Shown: positions 37,312-51,700, counted from the first letter of the stretch. The stretch is 64,000 bases of DNA from Yuukianura sp. NJ FZ-2021 (GCA_046563655.1 CM102290.1:10168001-10232000), one strand, 5' to 3'. A program made the numbers and translations. The notes: generated by a model not told the origin, from the letters alone.

Positions 37312-40300
37312 AGCAGCATACCGGTGGAGCAGTGGTGAAACTCACCCACCACTTCAGCACAACTTTCCCTCTCGGCACAATCAAACTCACAAATTCACTC
37401 TCAAAAGCCAAATCAAGGAAACCACCTTTCCAACAAACATTCAAAAAATACCGCTGCTTTTTTTAAAAAAAAAAGGAGAAAAAAAAAACGACTTCATTTA
37501 TCCTTTTTGAAACCGCTGTAGAAAAATTCTGAGAATTTCAATTCCATTCAACTTTTTGTTCCACTTTCGACTGGATTTAAATTCAAAAATTTATTTAAAA
37601 AAAAGCATTGAAAAACTGACTTTTAAAAAGCAAGTATTTAGTTTTGGTGTTTTAATTAAAATGGAGTTTTTTCTAAATCGTAATCAGAGGTTCACATTTA
37701 GTATTTCTCAAACGATTTGAAGCAAAAGAGAAAAGAAAAAGTTGTTTCAGCTGCAGAGTAAAAATCGTTTGAAATTGAAAATCTATACAAGAATTTTGTT
37801 GAATTTAAATTTGAATTCAAAAGGCGCGCTATCTTTTTGCTTCTTTCTTTTTAAATTAACGTTCCCTTCATCACATTCAATACTAACGAAACTTCTTAAC
37901 TTTCACTGTTCTACATATTCACACACTGTCCGTTTAGCAATATGTTTGAAACAATTTGGTTTAACACCAACGTGAGTGGTGGAAATTGGAAATGAGAGTC
38001 ACGGGTGATTCTCATTTCCTCTGCCCGTCACCGCCTCCGCGTCGGTGACCTTTGACCTGTAGAATTGACAAAGTTGATTGCGCATGGGCAATTACGGTTC
38101 AGAAGGAATCCTTTTATTGACTGCTGCATCTGAATTATTGAGTTCGTTTTGAAGAAGAAACGTTCATGATATGACTTTCACGATCTTTCAATCTCCTTTC
38201 TCCCTTGTCAATCCTTGTCAACACGTCAACACAAGTCCATCCGCGACCTCCGCATTTCCCGTCACCTTCTTTGGAGAAAATTGGGGTCAAAGGTCAAATT
38301 TCAACATTTTGTAGATAAAATGTTTCAATATAAAAGTCATAATATGACCTCTGCCAAATGATTCTGATTGGTTGCCGTTAGGGCTTGAGTTGCACGGCAG
38401 CAGAAATCGGAGGTCAAATTTTTGCCGGTTTTCGAGTTTTTGAAATTAACTGGAAATTATGAGAGAGGGTCACCAGGGAAAAGCACGGGTTCGCGGCAAA
38501 AAAGATAATTTTATTTTTCGAAAAAGTTTCTTTAAAGTTTTTTTTTTTTTGAATTTGAAAGTGGAATGTAAGTTTGTGTAATTAGGCCATCCCACGGTTC
38601 TTATCAGACACAGTTTGGTTCAAACTTCCAATCTCCCCTGATTCCAATCTCATACTTTCTCCTGCACCCTCAGCCTAACTTATTCTCTACTTTCGTTCTA
38701 CCTTGTGGGCTCGAAACTTACCAAAAATCCATGCAAATTAAACAAACGATGTCACTTTTAATAACTTTACGAAAAAAAAAGTATTTTACGTTGGCAGTTT
38801 TGGAGATGGCAGAGCTGCAACTGTTTAGCGTATATTCTTGGAATTTGTAATTTTTGGGTTCATAGGTACCTTTGAGTCCACAATTTTTTAGGAGAGTTTT
38901 TGTGCCATATAGGTTTTTGAAAAACGAGTTTTTGAGTTTATAATTTTTTGCATTGAGCGTGATTCTCGCAGATTCTTGAATTGAAGACTTTTAGCGATCT
39001 CGGAGTTAGCAATTTGCGAATTGCTCCGATTTTTTGCTCGAAAAGGTGGGTTTTTCCTCCCGTTTTTTGTTTCTTTCGAAAAAAAAAATTTTTTTTTTGG
39101 AGTCTTGGAGGTGGGTTCTCAGTGTCCAAGCACTTTCTCTGATGATTTCCAATTACTCTTCCCATCATCAAATTATTAGAAGCTTTCTCCGTCCTTTTCG
39201 CTCAACACAAAAATGAAATGCGTGACTTCAAATCCATTCTGTCTCTCTTTCTCTCTCAAAAGGAAAAAAAAGGTCTTTTCCCTTCACAACAGCTTTTTCT
39301 TGAAAACTAAAGCATGAAAATGAATCCGAATTTCCCTTCAATCGCAACTACAGCAAACGACAATCACATCATTTTGACCTCCATCCGACATTAAAAATTA
39401 TGACTGCAAAGTCAAGAAGTAAATTGGTAGTCATAAAATCTGGATGAATATCATGAAGCTTTCAAATTCAAAATTCCCATATAGACAATTTACTTTCCCA
39501 ACATCATTTTGGCGCCAACTTCCAAAAACTCAAAAAACTGCATCTTTATCTTTTTCATCATTTGACTCTGACCCCACCATGATCCTGACCTACAGTCAAA
39601 AATTTTAGTGTTGGTTTTATGGTGGAAGTACGACTACACTAATGCCTTGGAAAGATCGTGCAGATTTGGCTGAAAGATTTTTTTGAAAGGGAAAATTTAA
39701 AAATGTGAGTTTATAATTTATCGGTGCCTAATTGCAGAGTGGAGTCAATTAAGTTGAGATTGTGAGTCCTGCTGGTGGAGGGCCAGAGTGCTTTCTCCGC
39801 TTTCACCTTAATTTCTCAATGTCGTCATTCCACCTTAAGTTCCCACAAACGACACTTTCTCTAAAAAAAAAAGTTCGAACACTCGCACTGTCGGTGTAAC
39901 CAACTTTTTCAAAAATAAAGCTGTTTTAAAACATAATTTGTAAAGGGAAATTCAGCTTTTCTTATTAAAATATAATTAGGATTTTCGATCTGATTAAAGT
40001 TGATTTTATGATAAAGCAAACATAATGCGTGGAAACATAACGTTTGAAAAGGCGACAAGGCAAATGACGTAATCGCAACTTTCACTTCAACCAACTTTTT
40101 AAAACGCGAAAAAATTGAATTTTTTGTTGTCTAAAGTTAGCAAGTTTTAGGGGGTGGAGGACTCTAGGAATGCCCAGTGATGGTACGTAGTGCAGGGCAG
40201 TGAAAGCGTGACTTACTTCTTTTTAGGTCCTTGAAGCTTGTGCTGGTATTCCCACTTACACGCCCTTCGTTTGCATTTGTTTTTAATTAACAAAACCTTT

Positions 40301-40743
40301 GGAATTGAGCCAAGAAAGAAGAAACTTTTCAACTTTCTCTGAAAAGTGCAATGATAGTTTCAGAAAAAAGCACTTAGACAGTCGTAAATTTAAAAAAGAA
40401 GTTCAAAAGAAAGCGTATGTTGGGTGGGGAATTTGGGAAATTCAAAGCTTCCCGAAAATCCTAAGTTGGTAATTACTTTCTCAAACTGTGCCCTCAACTT
40501 CAAGACATGCGCGAGAGGTCAAAGGTCATCAAAATTGGCAATTTGACAGTGAGCGATGTCCAAGAAGCTATTAAGACTTCAAAAAGTTTACAAATTGTAG
40601 GCACATTGGCGGAATGGAAACAAGACAGGTTTAGTAAATGACTCGGAACTTTTTTGAATTTCATACATTTATTTTTTGATTTCCCGCATTTATTCTGAAT
40701 TTCAACCCTTCTAACGTCCTGTCCTCCTAATAAATTTCTTAGT

Positions 40744-43198
40744 TCAGACGACGTCTTCTAATTTATGAGCCATGAATGATGCCAAGTGCGGTGTATTTTC
40801 AGTCGTTGGTGGTACTTGTACGTCTCTGATGATCGATACTTGGCTCGGCTGGGGCGCTGTGAGACAAAAACTGGCTTGACGACCGTGCGATGATCGAGTT
40901 CTAAGAGGATCTATGGTGTCGTTGACCGTGATCACGGGAAGAGCTCCATTTGTGCTGTTCACAAATAGAAAGACACCATTACTGGAGAAAGAGATTTGGA
41001 ATTTCAAAAATTTGGAAATCTGAAAACTTCGAAGTTTGTAAAAAATAAAAGTCCAAAACTGCAACTTACTTGGCACAAAACGGTGTCAAATTATTGTTTT
41101 CGACTACAGATTCATTAGCAGAGCTTGAGCACTGGAACAACTGATGCTGCGAGGAGACCAAATCTTCTTCCCGGCAAGGCGGAAATCGCGGTGGCCTTTG
41201 AACTGGGAAACACGCAATGTCACCCGTTCCAGAAAGTGACACAATGGAACCAAACGGCTCATCACTTTTCTGGTAAGATCCTTCCACTGGAGTCAGACTC
41301 CGAACTCTGCGTAAAGCAAAACACAACAATTAATTAAATATTATAATATATTAATAACAATAAATCGAAAGGCCACTGACCTCATGAACTTAGGTGACCC
41401 CAGCAGTGGTATTGGAAGTGAAGCGCGGAGTGACAAACTGGCTTTCCGTCGTGAAGTGGCGCTGGGTAATCTGCTTTCGTTTGACGAAAAATTTGAATCG
41501 TACCCCGCCACTCGCCCATCGATTAAAAATCCTAGGGGTACGGCCTACCAAACAAAAAATAATATTTTAGTAAAAGTAACTATGTAAATATTAATATAAA
41601 ATATGCAAAATCTAGTTCCACTGTACCTGAGACACTGTTGGCAGAGTTCGTCTCCTTCCCATGAAGTAGTTGCTAGGAAACAAGCTTTGGCGTCTACTGG
41701 AAGGGAAACTGGACGATGAATTGGGCATAGCTTTCGATGAATTGAGGAAGTACGAGGGAAGTTGAACATGCGCAGTGGTATCCCCAGTCTGTGCAGTACT
41801 GGACTGCCTGGAGTGTAGTGGAAGGCCTTCAACAGAGAAACGACTGCGTAGTAGTTTTGCTTCTCGGTGAAGTCTCCAGTGCGCAAGACTCAGAACAGTT
41901 CCAACGATAAACAAAATACTTCCAACTACAAGGAAAATTGGACCGCCGACTTTCCCTTGTTCTCTGGTAGCAGAAGACTCCTGTTTCCAAAGACAAAAAA
42001 TAATTGATAAAAATTTAAATCTGGATTTTTTTCTTCTAGAAATTCGGAAAAAGTAAAGCCAATATCGTCTATGTTTCGCAATTCATTGGAAGCGTATATT
42101 GGTCGTTAGTATGTCAACGGAAATCAAAGACTCAGTTCCAATTTTTCTAAATTAAGAAAACAGTATCCAAGGCATGAAACGAAATCACTGCAGGTCTCTG
42201 ATTCCGCCAAATCGAAACGAAACGGTATTACAGTACTGTTTCACGGTACGCAATTCCATCATAATATTCTGGTTAATTAAACTTCGGTTAAAATTATCCG
42301 ATGCTTTTCAATTCAAACTTCAAGAAGTAAATTAATTTCATTTTTAAATGAGGAGGAAATGTCAGTGTTTTTTTTGGACAAATTCTTCTACTCGTTTTTT
42401 ATCTGATTTTGGAAAACCTTTAAGTTTTCCGTTCGTTGACTTCTCGCTGTGGTTAGAGTTTGTTTCAATTCGGAGCGAATGGAGGGAGTAACTATGCCGG
42501 AGAAACTAAGGCCTATGGTTGGGAGTAGGTTAATTTTTAATGAGAGAAAGCTCGTTCCTCTTGTATTTCCCAATTGATTGACTGCCCTTGTTCACAAATA
42601 AACAAAATACACAAGTGCTTATTGACTTTCCAAAAATACACCGCTAGCCTTGATAGCCCTGCGTCCAATCAATTCTCATGACGCTGCTTTTAACTATTTC
42701 GCAAAAATGGCGTTGTTTTAGTGTTTTCAAAACTTACCGCCACTTTGGAGTTGAGCGGAGTCTTGTAAGAAATGATCGTCAGGACCACTCCGGCGAAGAT
42801 GAAGAAGAAGCCGAAGATGACCAAAATCGCTTGGCAGTTGTGGGCCAACGATAAGCCTCCGATGAGCAAGTTTCCGCCGTCTTCACGTTCAATATGCAGC
42901 CGCATTTTGGAACAGCATTTGCCTAGATTCAGGCTCTTCCGCCTGACGCCACCTTTCAAACAGTAAAAAACGCTGTTTTTAATGGTCACAAACAGAAAAT
43001 ATTTAGTCAAAGTATAATTATTAATTAATTAAGAGTTTAAAGTAATTAATCAAGAAAGAATCTTGTACCTTCCAAGAAATTGTTGGGTAATGGAGACTGA
43101 TGGTTACCGGTCGGCATATCGTTGGTGAACGAGACAGAACTTTTGCGTCTTGAGTTTCCTCGGCTCAGCTTGACCTGATCTTCGGCATGGCGGGTCAT
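40744..43198 (-). CDS. Two-transmembrane protein with long Ser-rich C-terminal tail, TMEM200/DUF2371-like; 6 exons (43198-43069, 42952-42738, 41980-41627, ~41544-41381, ~41307-41070, ~40981-40744)
   Basis: Phase-consistent splicing. TM1 AILVIFGFFFIFAGVVLTIISY, a short loop, then TM2 GKVGGPIFLVVGSILFIVGTVLSL; the G..GP motif before TM2 resembles TMEM200-type proteins. The tail has several RRxS motifs. The family call is tentative. Confidence 0.75.
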
Positions 43199-45730
43199 CG
43201 CGAATACGCAGTGACGTTATTGTGTCACCTCACATTCTGACTTGGAACATCAGAAATGGTCAAACAGGGGTCACGTAGTACGTGAATGTTGAAATGCTGC
43301 TTGTTACCCTTAATGACGACAGAATTGGTGAAGCGTTTGTTGTCTTTTCCCTTTGACACGTCCAAGATCAGCAACTTTAGAAATGATTCGTGTCTGTTTT
43401 TAGGCAAAGATTGACGTGAGCTGCGTTCGCAGTTAACTAACTTCTTGGAAATTAATTAACCAAAAAATGTGGGATTCCAAATGAATAGTGGTGACGGAGG
43501 TGTTGACAAGTGCTGTGGTTCACTACATGTGCCCACTCTGTCGTTATGCCTCCTTCATTTGAAGCAGATTCAACCGCACAGCAGCGATCCGCTATCGATC
43601 GCTCTCCCTCCCTTCCCATAGTAGCGCAGTTTTATTCCCAAGGATGCAGTCAAGCATTGGAAGCATCTCAAGTGTGGACAGACGCTTAAGCGCTACAAAT
43701 CACGATGGAACATGTCCATCCGCACCAGTGTCGTCCCATGTCAATTATTCATGTCACCAGTCATGTTCTGTTCATGTTGGTGGGTGGGTGGACATGGGCA
43801 AACGTAAAGGTCCAACCAATACCCATTACTTTCTGGGAAATGTCACTGAGACAGAATGGTGCCGGTCAATGTAACCCATGAATGACTATTTATAGAAACG
43901 AAGTTAACTATTTATAGAAACGAAACTAAAGCGAAACGTTTTGCGAACATGGGGAATTTTTAGCTTTATTTTCGACATTTTTCTAAAGTTTTATAGAGAG
44001 GAGTGCACGTCTAATTTCGACCTAAATTGATCGTGACGTGAGTATTACAATGCTGCTTAACTTATACCTTAACGTACTAATCACAATGGTTGCTGGGTAA
44101 TATGATGTAAATGTAGTAAAACTGTTAAAAAAGTCCTCAACTAATTTATTTAATTACTTTATTCCAAGATACATTCCGAATCAGAAAGCGGAACGTAAAA
44201 AAACGAAATACAGCAGTCGAAAGCGGGAAAAGAAGAAAAATTTCCTCACGCTTCGTCTTTATGAGAATCAAACAAAAACGTTTGATCGTTGACTTTTACT
44301 TGTTAATCTTAGTTGTCAACTAGTAATTGAGTTTGTAATTAACAAACAACTAGTGCCTCTAGAAGCAGTTCTGCGGAGACACTTTAGCGGATAAGAACAA
44401 GAGTGAATTAGGTAGAGACCCGTGAATTGCATGCTTTATAGAGTAAGCAAACCAGCTGGATGGGGTAAAATGTCAACGGTTACATACTTCCTTAATCAAC
44501 ATTTTAACTTTGATTTAATACATGAATTGTGATTTAAATTGGAATAAATTACACTTATTATTATTAATCAACTAGAAAACCGCTTAGAAAATCTATTTAA
44601 ATCCTTCAGCGCAAGAGGCAAATCCAAGGATCGGAAATGTAACAAGTCCTCTACTCAAAAATGAGAAGAAGGATAGCCCTCATCTACAATCCTCAAACTT
44701 CCTGGTTAGCTCATTTTTGTTCGTTAATCAACATAGTAGTAATACATCGAGATCTAACGTTGGGTAAAAGTTTTTGTTTCATTTCCGGTTAAAGTTCGTT
44801 TATTTTCGGTATTACCAAACTTCCATCATGATTTACTGCTTTAATTGAGTTAATTATTAGTAGCACAAGGTTGCATTGCTACAAAAACCCATAATACTAC
44901 TTCCGCCATTGTGTTTTTTTGGTTTTTAACCGTACCGCTATAAACAATTACGTAATTTCTCGAGCATAACGTCGAACTTTCGATCTAAACGCTGATTTCA
45001 CTTGAACGTGGATTCACTGGCTCCAATATGTCTGAACGCAGCGACCCTCAAAGCCGGAGAATAGCCCTCTCACCCCCATATCCGAACGAAGTTGATCTCT
45101 GGCATTATCGTTCAGTGCACAATAGAGTCGTGTGCGGACGAGGAATTGGAAACGGTTACGACTCTGCGTTATAATTTCACTAGTAATTATGTTTAGATCA
45201 TCTAAAATATGGAATCCAATACTTCAAATACATAATTCGTTGACAAATTGTTAATTTAAGTTAACTAATTAGTGAATTTTCCTTCGTTATAGGTGTAAGT
45301 GGCGCAAGATTCGCAGGAGTCCTATGTTCCTGTCTCCTCCCTCCGACCCTCCTTGCTCAAGTCGTCAAGTTGATAAGCTCTGTGAAAAAAGAGGAAGAAT
45401 CTTTGAATTGAATTTATAATACAAGAGCCCTCCATAATCCAGGTAAATTTGAGTATATATAAATAAATTATTGTTATGAATTTAGTTTTTAGATTAATTA
45501 GTGCTCAGAGGGTTTGCTATCCTCACTGGTAGTAAGGTTCCCCCAGTTATTAATAGCCGGAAAAACACTGGCGACTACAACTGCAGACGAGATCGACTCC
45601 ATCGTCGTCGTCTTCCAGTTCCAGTGGTCTCTGAAGCATCAATTACTTCGTCTTGGTCAACTAACTGGCAGTGGAGATCCAAGGTCACAGACGGACAGCC
45701 CTGGAGACGGATGACAATTAGTGACTTCAA

Positions 45731-48700
45731 ATGGAGAGTGGTGCGTCGGAACTGATAGAAACTCATCATCTGACACCGATTGGTGGTGGAGGTGACGATC
45801 GTCATTCGTTTGTGTCCAATTCAATTATCTCCTCGGTACAATCATCGTACACCTTCTCTTCGGTGTCAGCTGTATCTTCAGTCGGAGGAAAAAGCACCTT
45901 GGTCAAGGACTCTCCTCCGGACCTACCAAAGTTACTTTCCAAAGACACTTACCACCATCATTTCCAGTCAGCTTCGGTTATCGTCGAGAGTAAGTGACAT
46001 AGGAACACAAATACAATTCATCAGAAATAGTCACCAGTACCATCATGCAAGTATTTACTGACCACTCATCTCTTGATTCCTTTCCAGACGGATTGTTTAG
46101 TTCTCGATCTGAACCCAATCTCCTTTCGGCTGCTGCTGATCAAGGAAGCAGTGAAGGCTCATCTGCACTGCAACCACCACTCCATTCCGCCAGTGGAACA
46201 CCGATGTGCATTAAAAGGGGACCAGGGAGACCACGCAAGGACGGTGCTTCTGCATCCAAATGTTCAAATTCATTAAATAAGTTTAAGAAATTTTGCAGGT
46301 AAACAATCGCTGGATCTTCAACTAAACATTTGCATCCTACATTATGAAACTTTGGGGATTGATCTTTGATTTTTTTTTCAGTGGAAACTATGTCTCAGGA
46401 AATGTACGAGGAGTTCGAGGTAGCCGAAAGAAGCTGGACTGTTCATCGCTGCCTTTCCCTAGCAGTGGTGGCAGTTTGTCTGATTTGGGAATAATCGATG
46501 GAGACTTGGGGAGTTTTACAGAAGACACGATGGGGTCTGATTCCAGTAGTGTGGCGTCTTCCTTTGACAAATTATTAGAAGATTTCACATTCTCCGAGTT
46601 ATGGTTAGTTCAATACTTTCGAGACTCTAAGAACTCACTAATTAAGCAATCAATGGACCGTGATTGATTCACTACTAGTACCTTGGCATCCAATATTTTC
46701 TGAAGTATCATTACACTCTCGCGAACATACATGAAAACCTCCCTAGTACTCAAGGGGGTCTCCCGACCCTACCCAAGGGGGGGTCTCCCATTTTTTTTGT
46801 CGATTTGCCGGCCTGCGGCCGGCAAAACGACATTGGTTTGCGTTCATTCCCGACTTTTTGGAAGCAAACGCCGACATACTTCAAACGTCATAGTGTGTTG
46901 TGGGGGACGCAATATTCGCGCCGTAGGCGCGAGCAAATTTTGAATCTGGGATGGTGAAAACGATGCGGAGACCCTTAGATTTCATTGGTGACGTTGATTT
47001 GCGCCGTAGGCGCCCGAAAATTTTGAATTTAGAGAGGCGAAAACGAAGCGGAGACCCTTAGATTTCATTGGTGACGTTCATTTGCGCCGTAGGCGCCCGA
47101 AAATTTTGAATTTAGAGAGGCGAAAACGAAGCGGAGACCCTCAGATATCATCGGAAAGTAGCGATCGCGAGAAAATTTTGAAAATTGGCACAAAAAGAAG
47201 CGATTTGGGAGACCTCTCGGTTTGTCGGAGGTCAAATTTGTGTAATCAGAGGGTCGGGTGAAATTTTTTGTCGGGGGGTCTCCCCTTGGGCCTTCGGCCC
47301 AAGGGGGTCTCCCCGATATACTTAGGTGGGAGGTTTTCATGTATGCTCGCGAATCAACTAATACTGAAGGTTATATGAGTGTTTGTTTACACTTGATGAT
47401 GGTTTTTTGTTATTTCAGGCCAGGGAAGGTTTGTGGTTTTTGCAACCTGAGTGAAAAGAGTATGTCTGGACAAGGTGACCTCCTGCGTCTAGAGATCCCA
47501 GTGGGCTTTGACCCTTCAGCTATTCTCAAGAAATTGCTTGAAGGAGCTAGAGAGATTTCCGACCCTGACAAGGCTTCCATGAAAGAGCTACTGGCATCTA
47601 GGAAGGCAAAGGTCGCTGGCAAAATTAAGTAAGAAAGAAAACTTTAGCAAACTTTTTCACTTTTTAGTACTGTTGTAGTAGTAGATTATTGTTTACTTGC
47701 AGAAGACTCACATCACAAGGGAGCCTGGAGAGCACAAATGATTCCATAGAGGAAGTGGTTGGTTACCCCGAAGAAATAGACATGAGTCTCGTTTTCGAAC
47801 AGCCCGCGGGTTAGTTGCTAGTTGCAGAAAATTGATTCTCCGAAGTTTATGGTTGTGTTTTGTTAGTAATCGGTTTTGTGTTGTGGTTTCAGGGCACTTT
47901 TTTGTGCACTCGGGATGTGCTCGATGGTGTCACAATGTTATCACGGGAGACAAGTCGTCGTCGTCCTTTGAAAACTTGGAAGTGGAACTGGTACGAGCCC
48001 TAAGTCATCGATGTAGTCACTGTGGGAATTTTGGTGCCGGCTTAGTATGTTCCGTTCCAGATTGTGTCAGTCTCCTTCACCTTCCCTGTGCCGCTGCCAG
48101 TGGAGCATTTCAGGAGGCGACGTCTCTCAAAACAGTTTGCTCCTTGCACCTCGACATGGTTGTTTCTCTTGGTACGCAGTTTAAATTATACCAAGCATTT
48201 TTTAAAGATTCGCTGCTAATTTTTTTTTCAAAAACGTTTTGATTTCGTTTTCAGTTGGCAACTCCTCTCTTTGTACCGTCTGTGATGAACAGACTAACCT
48301 CACTTCAATGATTATGTGTTCCACTTGTGGCCATCACTACCACACGGCATGCATGGCACTCTCCTCCGATCCAAGTGAGAAACCATCCTTGTACCTCAAT
48401 TGTTTACACGAGCGGTAAACATTGTAATGCTCGTGAATAACATTTCATAATTCTTTGTGAAGGTATTCGACCAGGATGGCAGTGTCCAGCTTGTAAAATG
48501 TGTCAAGCATGTCGTCAACCTGGTGATGAGGGGAAACTACTTGCCTGTGAGGCCTGTGACAAGGCTTACCACACCTTCTGTCTACGACCTGCCTTAACCT
48601 CTCTTCCCAAGCACAGTTGGAAGTGTAAAGTGAGTCAAATCGGAGCTGCAACCAATTTAAATTTTGGATAAATTCACAATTTATTGGTATTGGTAAAATA

Positions 48701-51700
48701 ATTTTGTTTTGAAAACTTTCAGATGTGTCGTGAATGCTCAGACTGTGGATCTCGAACGCCTGGATCCGGTCCTTCGTCCCGGTGGCACGGCAACTTTTCT
48801 ATCTGCGACTCATGCTACCAGCAAAGGAACAAAGGTCTCGCTTGCCCTCTCTGTGGAAAAGCCTATCGACACGTTGCTCAAAAGCTTATGCTTCAATGCC
48901 ATTTATGCAAAAAGTAAGTACAAACAATTAACTTCTCTTTACTCGTGGTAGTTGGTTGGCTCGTTTGTCGTTTAGAGACATAGTTGTTACACGAAATAAC
49001 TGCGTTTTCAAACACAATGGTCGTTCGTTAGCTTATTCTTGAATTTACTCACAACTTGACAACGAAAAATCACAACTACCTAATCTATTTCCGTTAAAAG
49101 TTAGATTCATGATGATTCACTGATTATTGTCCATGGGACACGAGGATTATATATATGACAGAAGTATTTAGTCCTGTGCGTAATATTTGGGAAATAACTG
49201 TGTGGCGGTTTTGGCTAAATATTTATTGATTACCCCGCGACGTTAATACTAATTAATTAATTATTTCTAGACAAAAGTATTTAAATATTTCCTAACTTTT
49301 TTGAAAATATTTCTGTCATGTGAAATTGATATCGAGTTGTATGGTGATGCTACTATTGTCCTCAAATAGCTTGCGAGGGAATATACTACTTGGGTGGAGG
49401 GAGAACAGTTTTTTTTCGATGGCGGGAAAAGAAAACATTTGAATTTGAGGTCTTCTTGTCAAATACTAAAAACAAAACTCTCACTCTCTCTCGCCTCTTG
49501 TTTGTTTTGTCTTTTTTTTCGACTGTTTAGTTTAGTGTTGTTTATTTGTTTTCAACAATCAGCAGTGAACATTGTTTTTGTTTTGTTGAGGTACGTTCAC
49601 GGGTCCTGTGATGCCAATGCTGAGTTGAGCACTTACCAGTTACGGAAGGAACTCTACCCGGACTACGAGTACATTTGTCCAGTTTGCAAGGCTGGAGGGA
49701 ATTGTAACGCCGTTGTTGCTGGAGGAGGGAATCTACGTGCACTGTCGTCTACTAGCAAGAAATCGTCGGACAAAGACGTTTTGTCCACTTCTGAATCCAA
49801 TTCTCTTATTACCAGTAACTTTGCACTCTCACAAGATTCTCTCGTCTTTATGGAAGAGGACTCAGCTGGAGCGACAGAATCTGGCATTGATCTCATCTGG
49901 TCTGACAAGGTAAGCTGTCTGGCTATTTGCCTGAACATTATCTAAACATTTATATCCAAGATCTACAAGTGTATTTAAGAATTCTTAAAGTACTAACTAG
50001 TATTTGACAGTTTGGGAATTGACCAAAATTGTTTAAATCGTGAATCATTCATTATCTAATCACTGTTGAATTTCATCATGGTTTGTCATTGAAATCAATG
50101 TTACAGCGATAGGAAGTGACTACCTTTTGTGAGTTGTTGTAACTTTTTTGGGAGGGTAATTTTATTGTTTGTGGTCAAATGGATATTGATACGGATTCCT
50201 ATTGTTTGAATCTTTTAGGTCAGAACTGCCTCGGTAGTCCCGTCTGAGTCTCCTCATACAATGCCTGTTACGACGCCTCCATCACTTCAGGCCTTAGCGC
50301 TTCCGCCTTCGTCGACTCCAGTACCAGCAGTACAACCCAAGAAGCGAAATGGAGCTGGTAGGCAAAAGAGTACGGAGAAGATGGTTGAGAAGGCTGCTGC
50401 TAAGAAAAAAGGAAAAGGGCGCGGCGCTGAATATGGTCGCAAACGAGGGCCGAAACCAAAGATGCGTGGAGTTTTTGGTGTTCCGGGCGTTGGACTTCAG
50501 GTAAACTTGAGTTTAAACAGTTTTGTAATCAATTTGTATTTGGTTTTTGAAACATTTTGATCGGTGACTTTGTATAATAATCATATGTGCATGGATTGTT
50601 ACAGAGGCCTTCGTCTGACGTTCCAAAGGGAGAGGAGGAGCCTGGTGTTGAGAATCGTCTAGTTTTGTGTTCATCCAAAGATGAGTTCGTGTTGGAGCAA
50701 GACGTGTGTGTCATGTGTGGAGCATATGGGAATGACCTTGAAGGGCGACTCATTGCTTGTGCACAGTGTGGCCAATGTTATCATCCGTACTGCGTCAATG
50801 TCAAGGTAAAACGGATTATGCATTGTCTTAAGTTTTAATTGTTGGTTAGTTGTAATATGTTGGTATAATTTGTTCTCTTGTGGGGTTCAGGTGACCAAAG
50901 TAGTGCTGGAAAAAGGATGGCGCTGTCTGGACTGTACCGTGTGTGAGGGTTGTGGTCAGCGACACGACGAAGGCCGACTCATTTTGTGTGACGACTGTGA
51001 CGTATCCTATCATATCTACTGCATAAACCCACCGCTTGAGGTTGTACCGCAGGGGAACTGGAAATGCAAGTGGTGTGCAGTTTGTACGTTATGTGGATCC
51101 AATGACCCTGGAGTCAATAGTAGTTGGCACCAAAATTATACACTATGTGGACCCTGTAATTCCCTCCACTCTTGTCCAGTCTGTTCGGCGGAGTATGCAG
51201 AGAATGAGCTTATAATCAAGTGTCAAAATTGTGATCGGTAAGAAATTCAGTTTTTAAGATATTATAAGAACAACTAATGTGAAATGTAAGGGTTACTAAT
51301 ATGTTTCAATTTGTTTGATTCAAGATGGCTTCATGGCTCTTGTGATGTAATTTTGACGGAAGAGGAAGCCGAAAAATGTGCCGATTTCGGGTATCAGTGT
51401 ATTCTGTGTCGTCCGCGAGAGATTCCACCGCCTCACCTTCTTCCTCCTCCTCCGGTTTTGGCCAAACTTCCTCAAAAAAGTCCAGGTTAGTATTTTCCAT
51501 TGAATATTGTTATATTTCTTTGCTACATAATTGATTTTGTAACTTTTATGAGAATTCATGTATTTATACTTGCAGAGTGTTCAAGATCTCGCTCATCCTC
51601 TAATCATGTTGTTGATGGAGTTTGGCTGTCGAATAGTGGGATGTCACATATCAGATGTTTGTCGTTGGACCAACCAAGAAAGAAGAGGAAGAAGTTGTCG

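Noticed and set aside
45990..46030. 41-nt micro-intron in KMT2C
   Set aside because: An in-frame acceptor with a much better polypyrimidine tract at 46087 (98-nt intron) is more plausible.
46918..47150. Regularly spaced palindromic repeats resembling a CRISPR array
   Set aside because: The spacers are near-identical (83-bp tandem units) inside a TIR element in a eukaryotic intron, and there are no cas genes.
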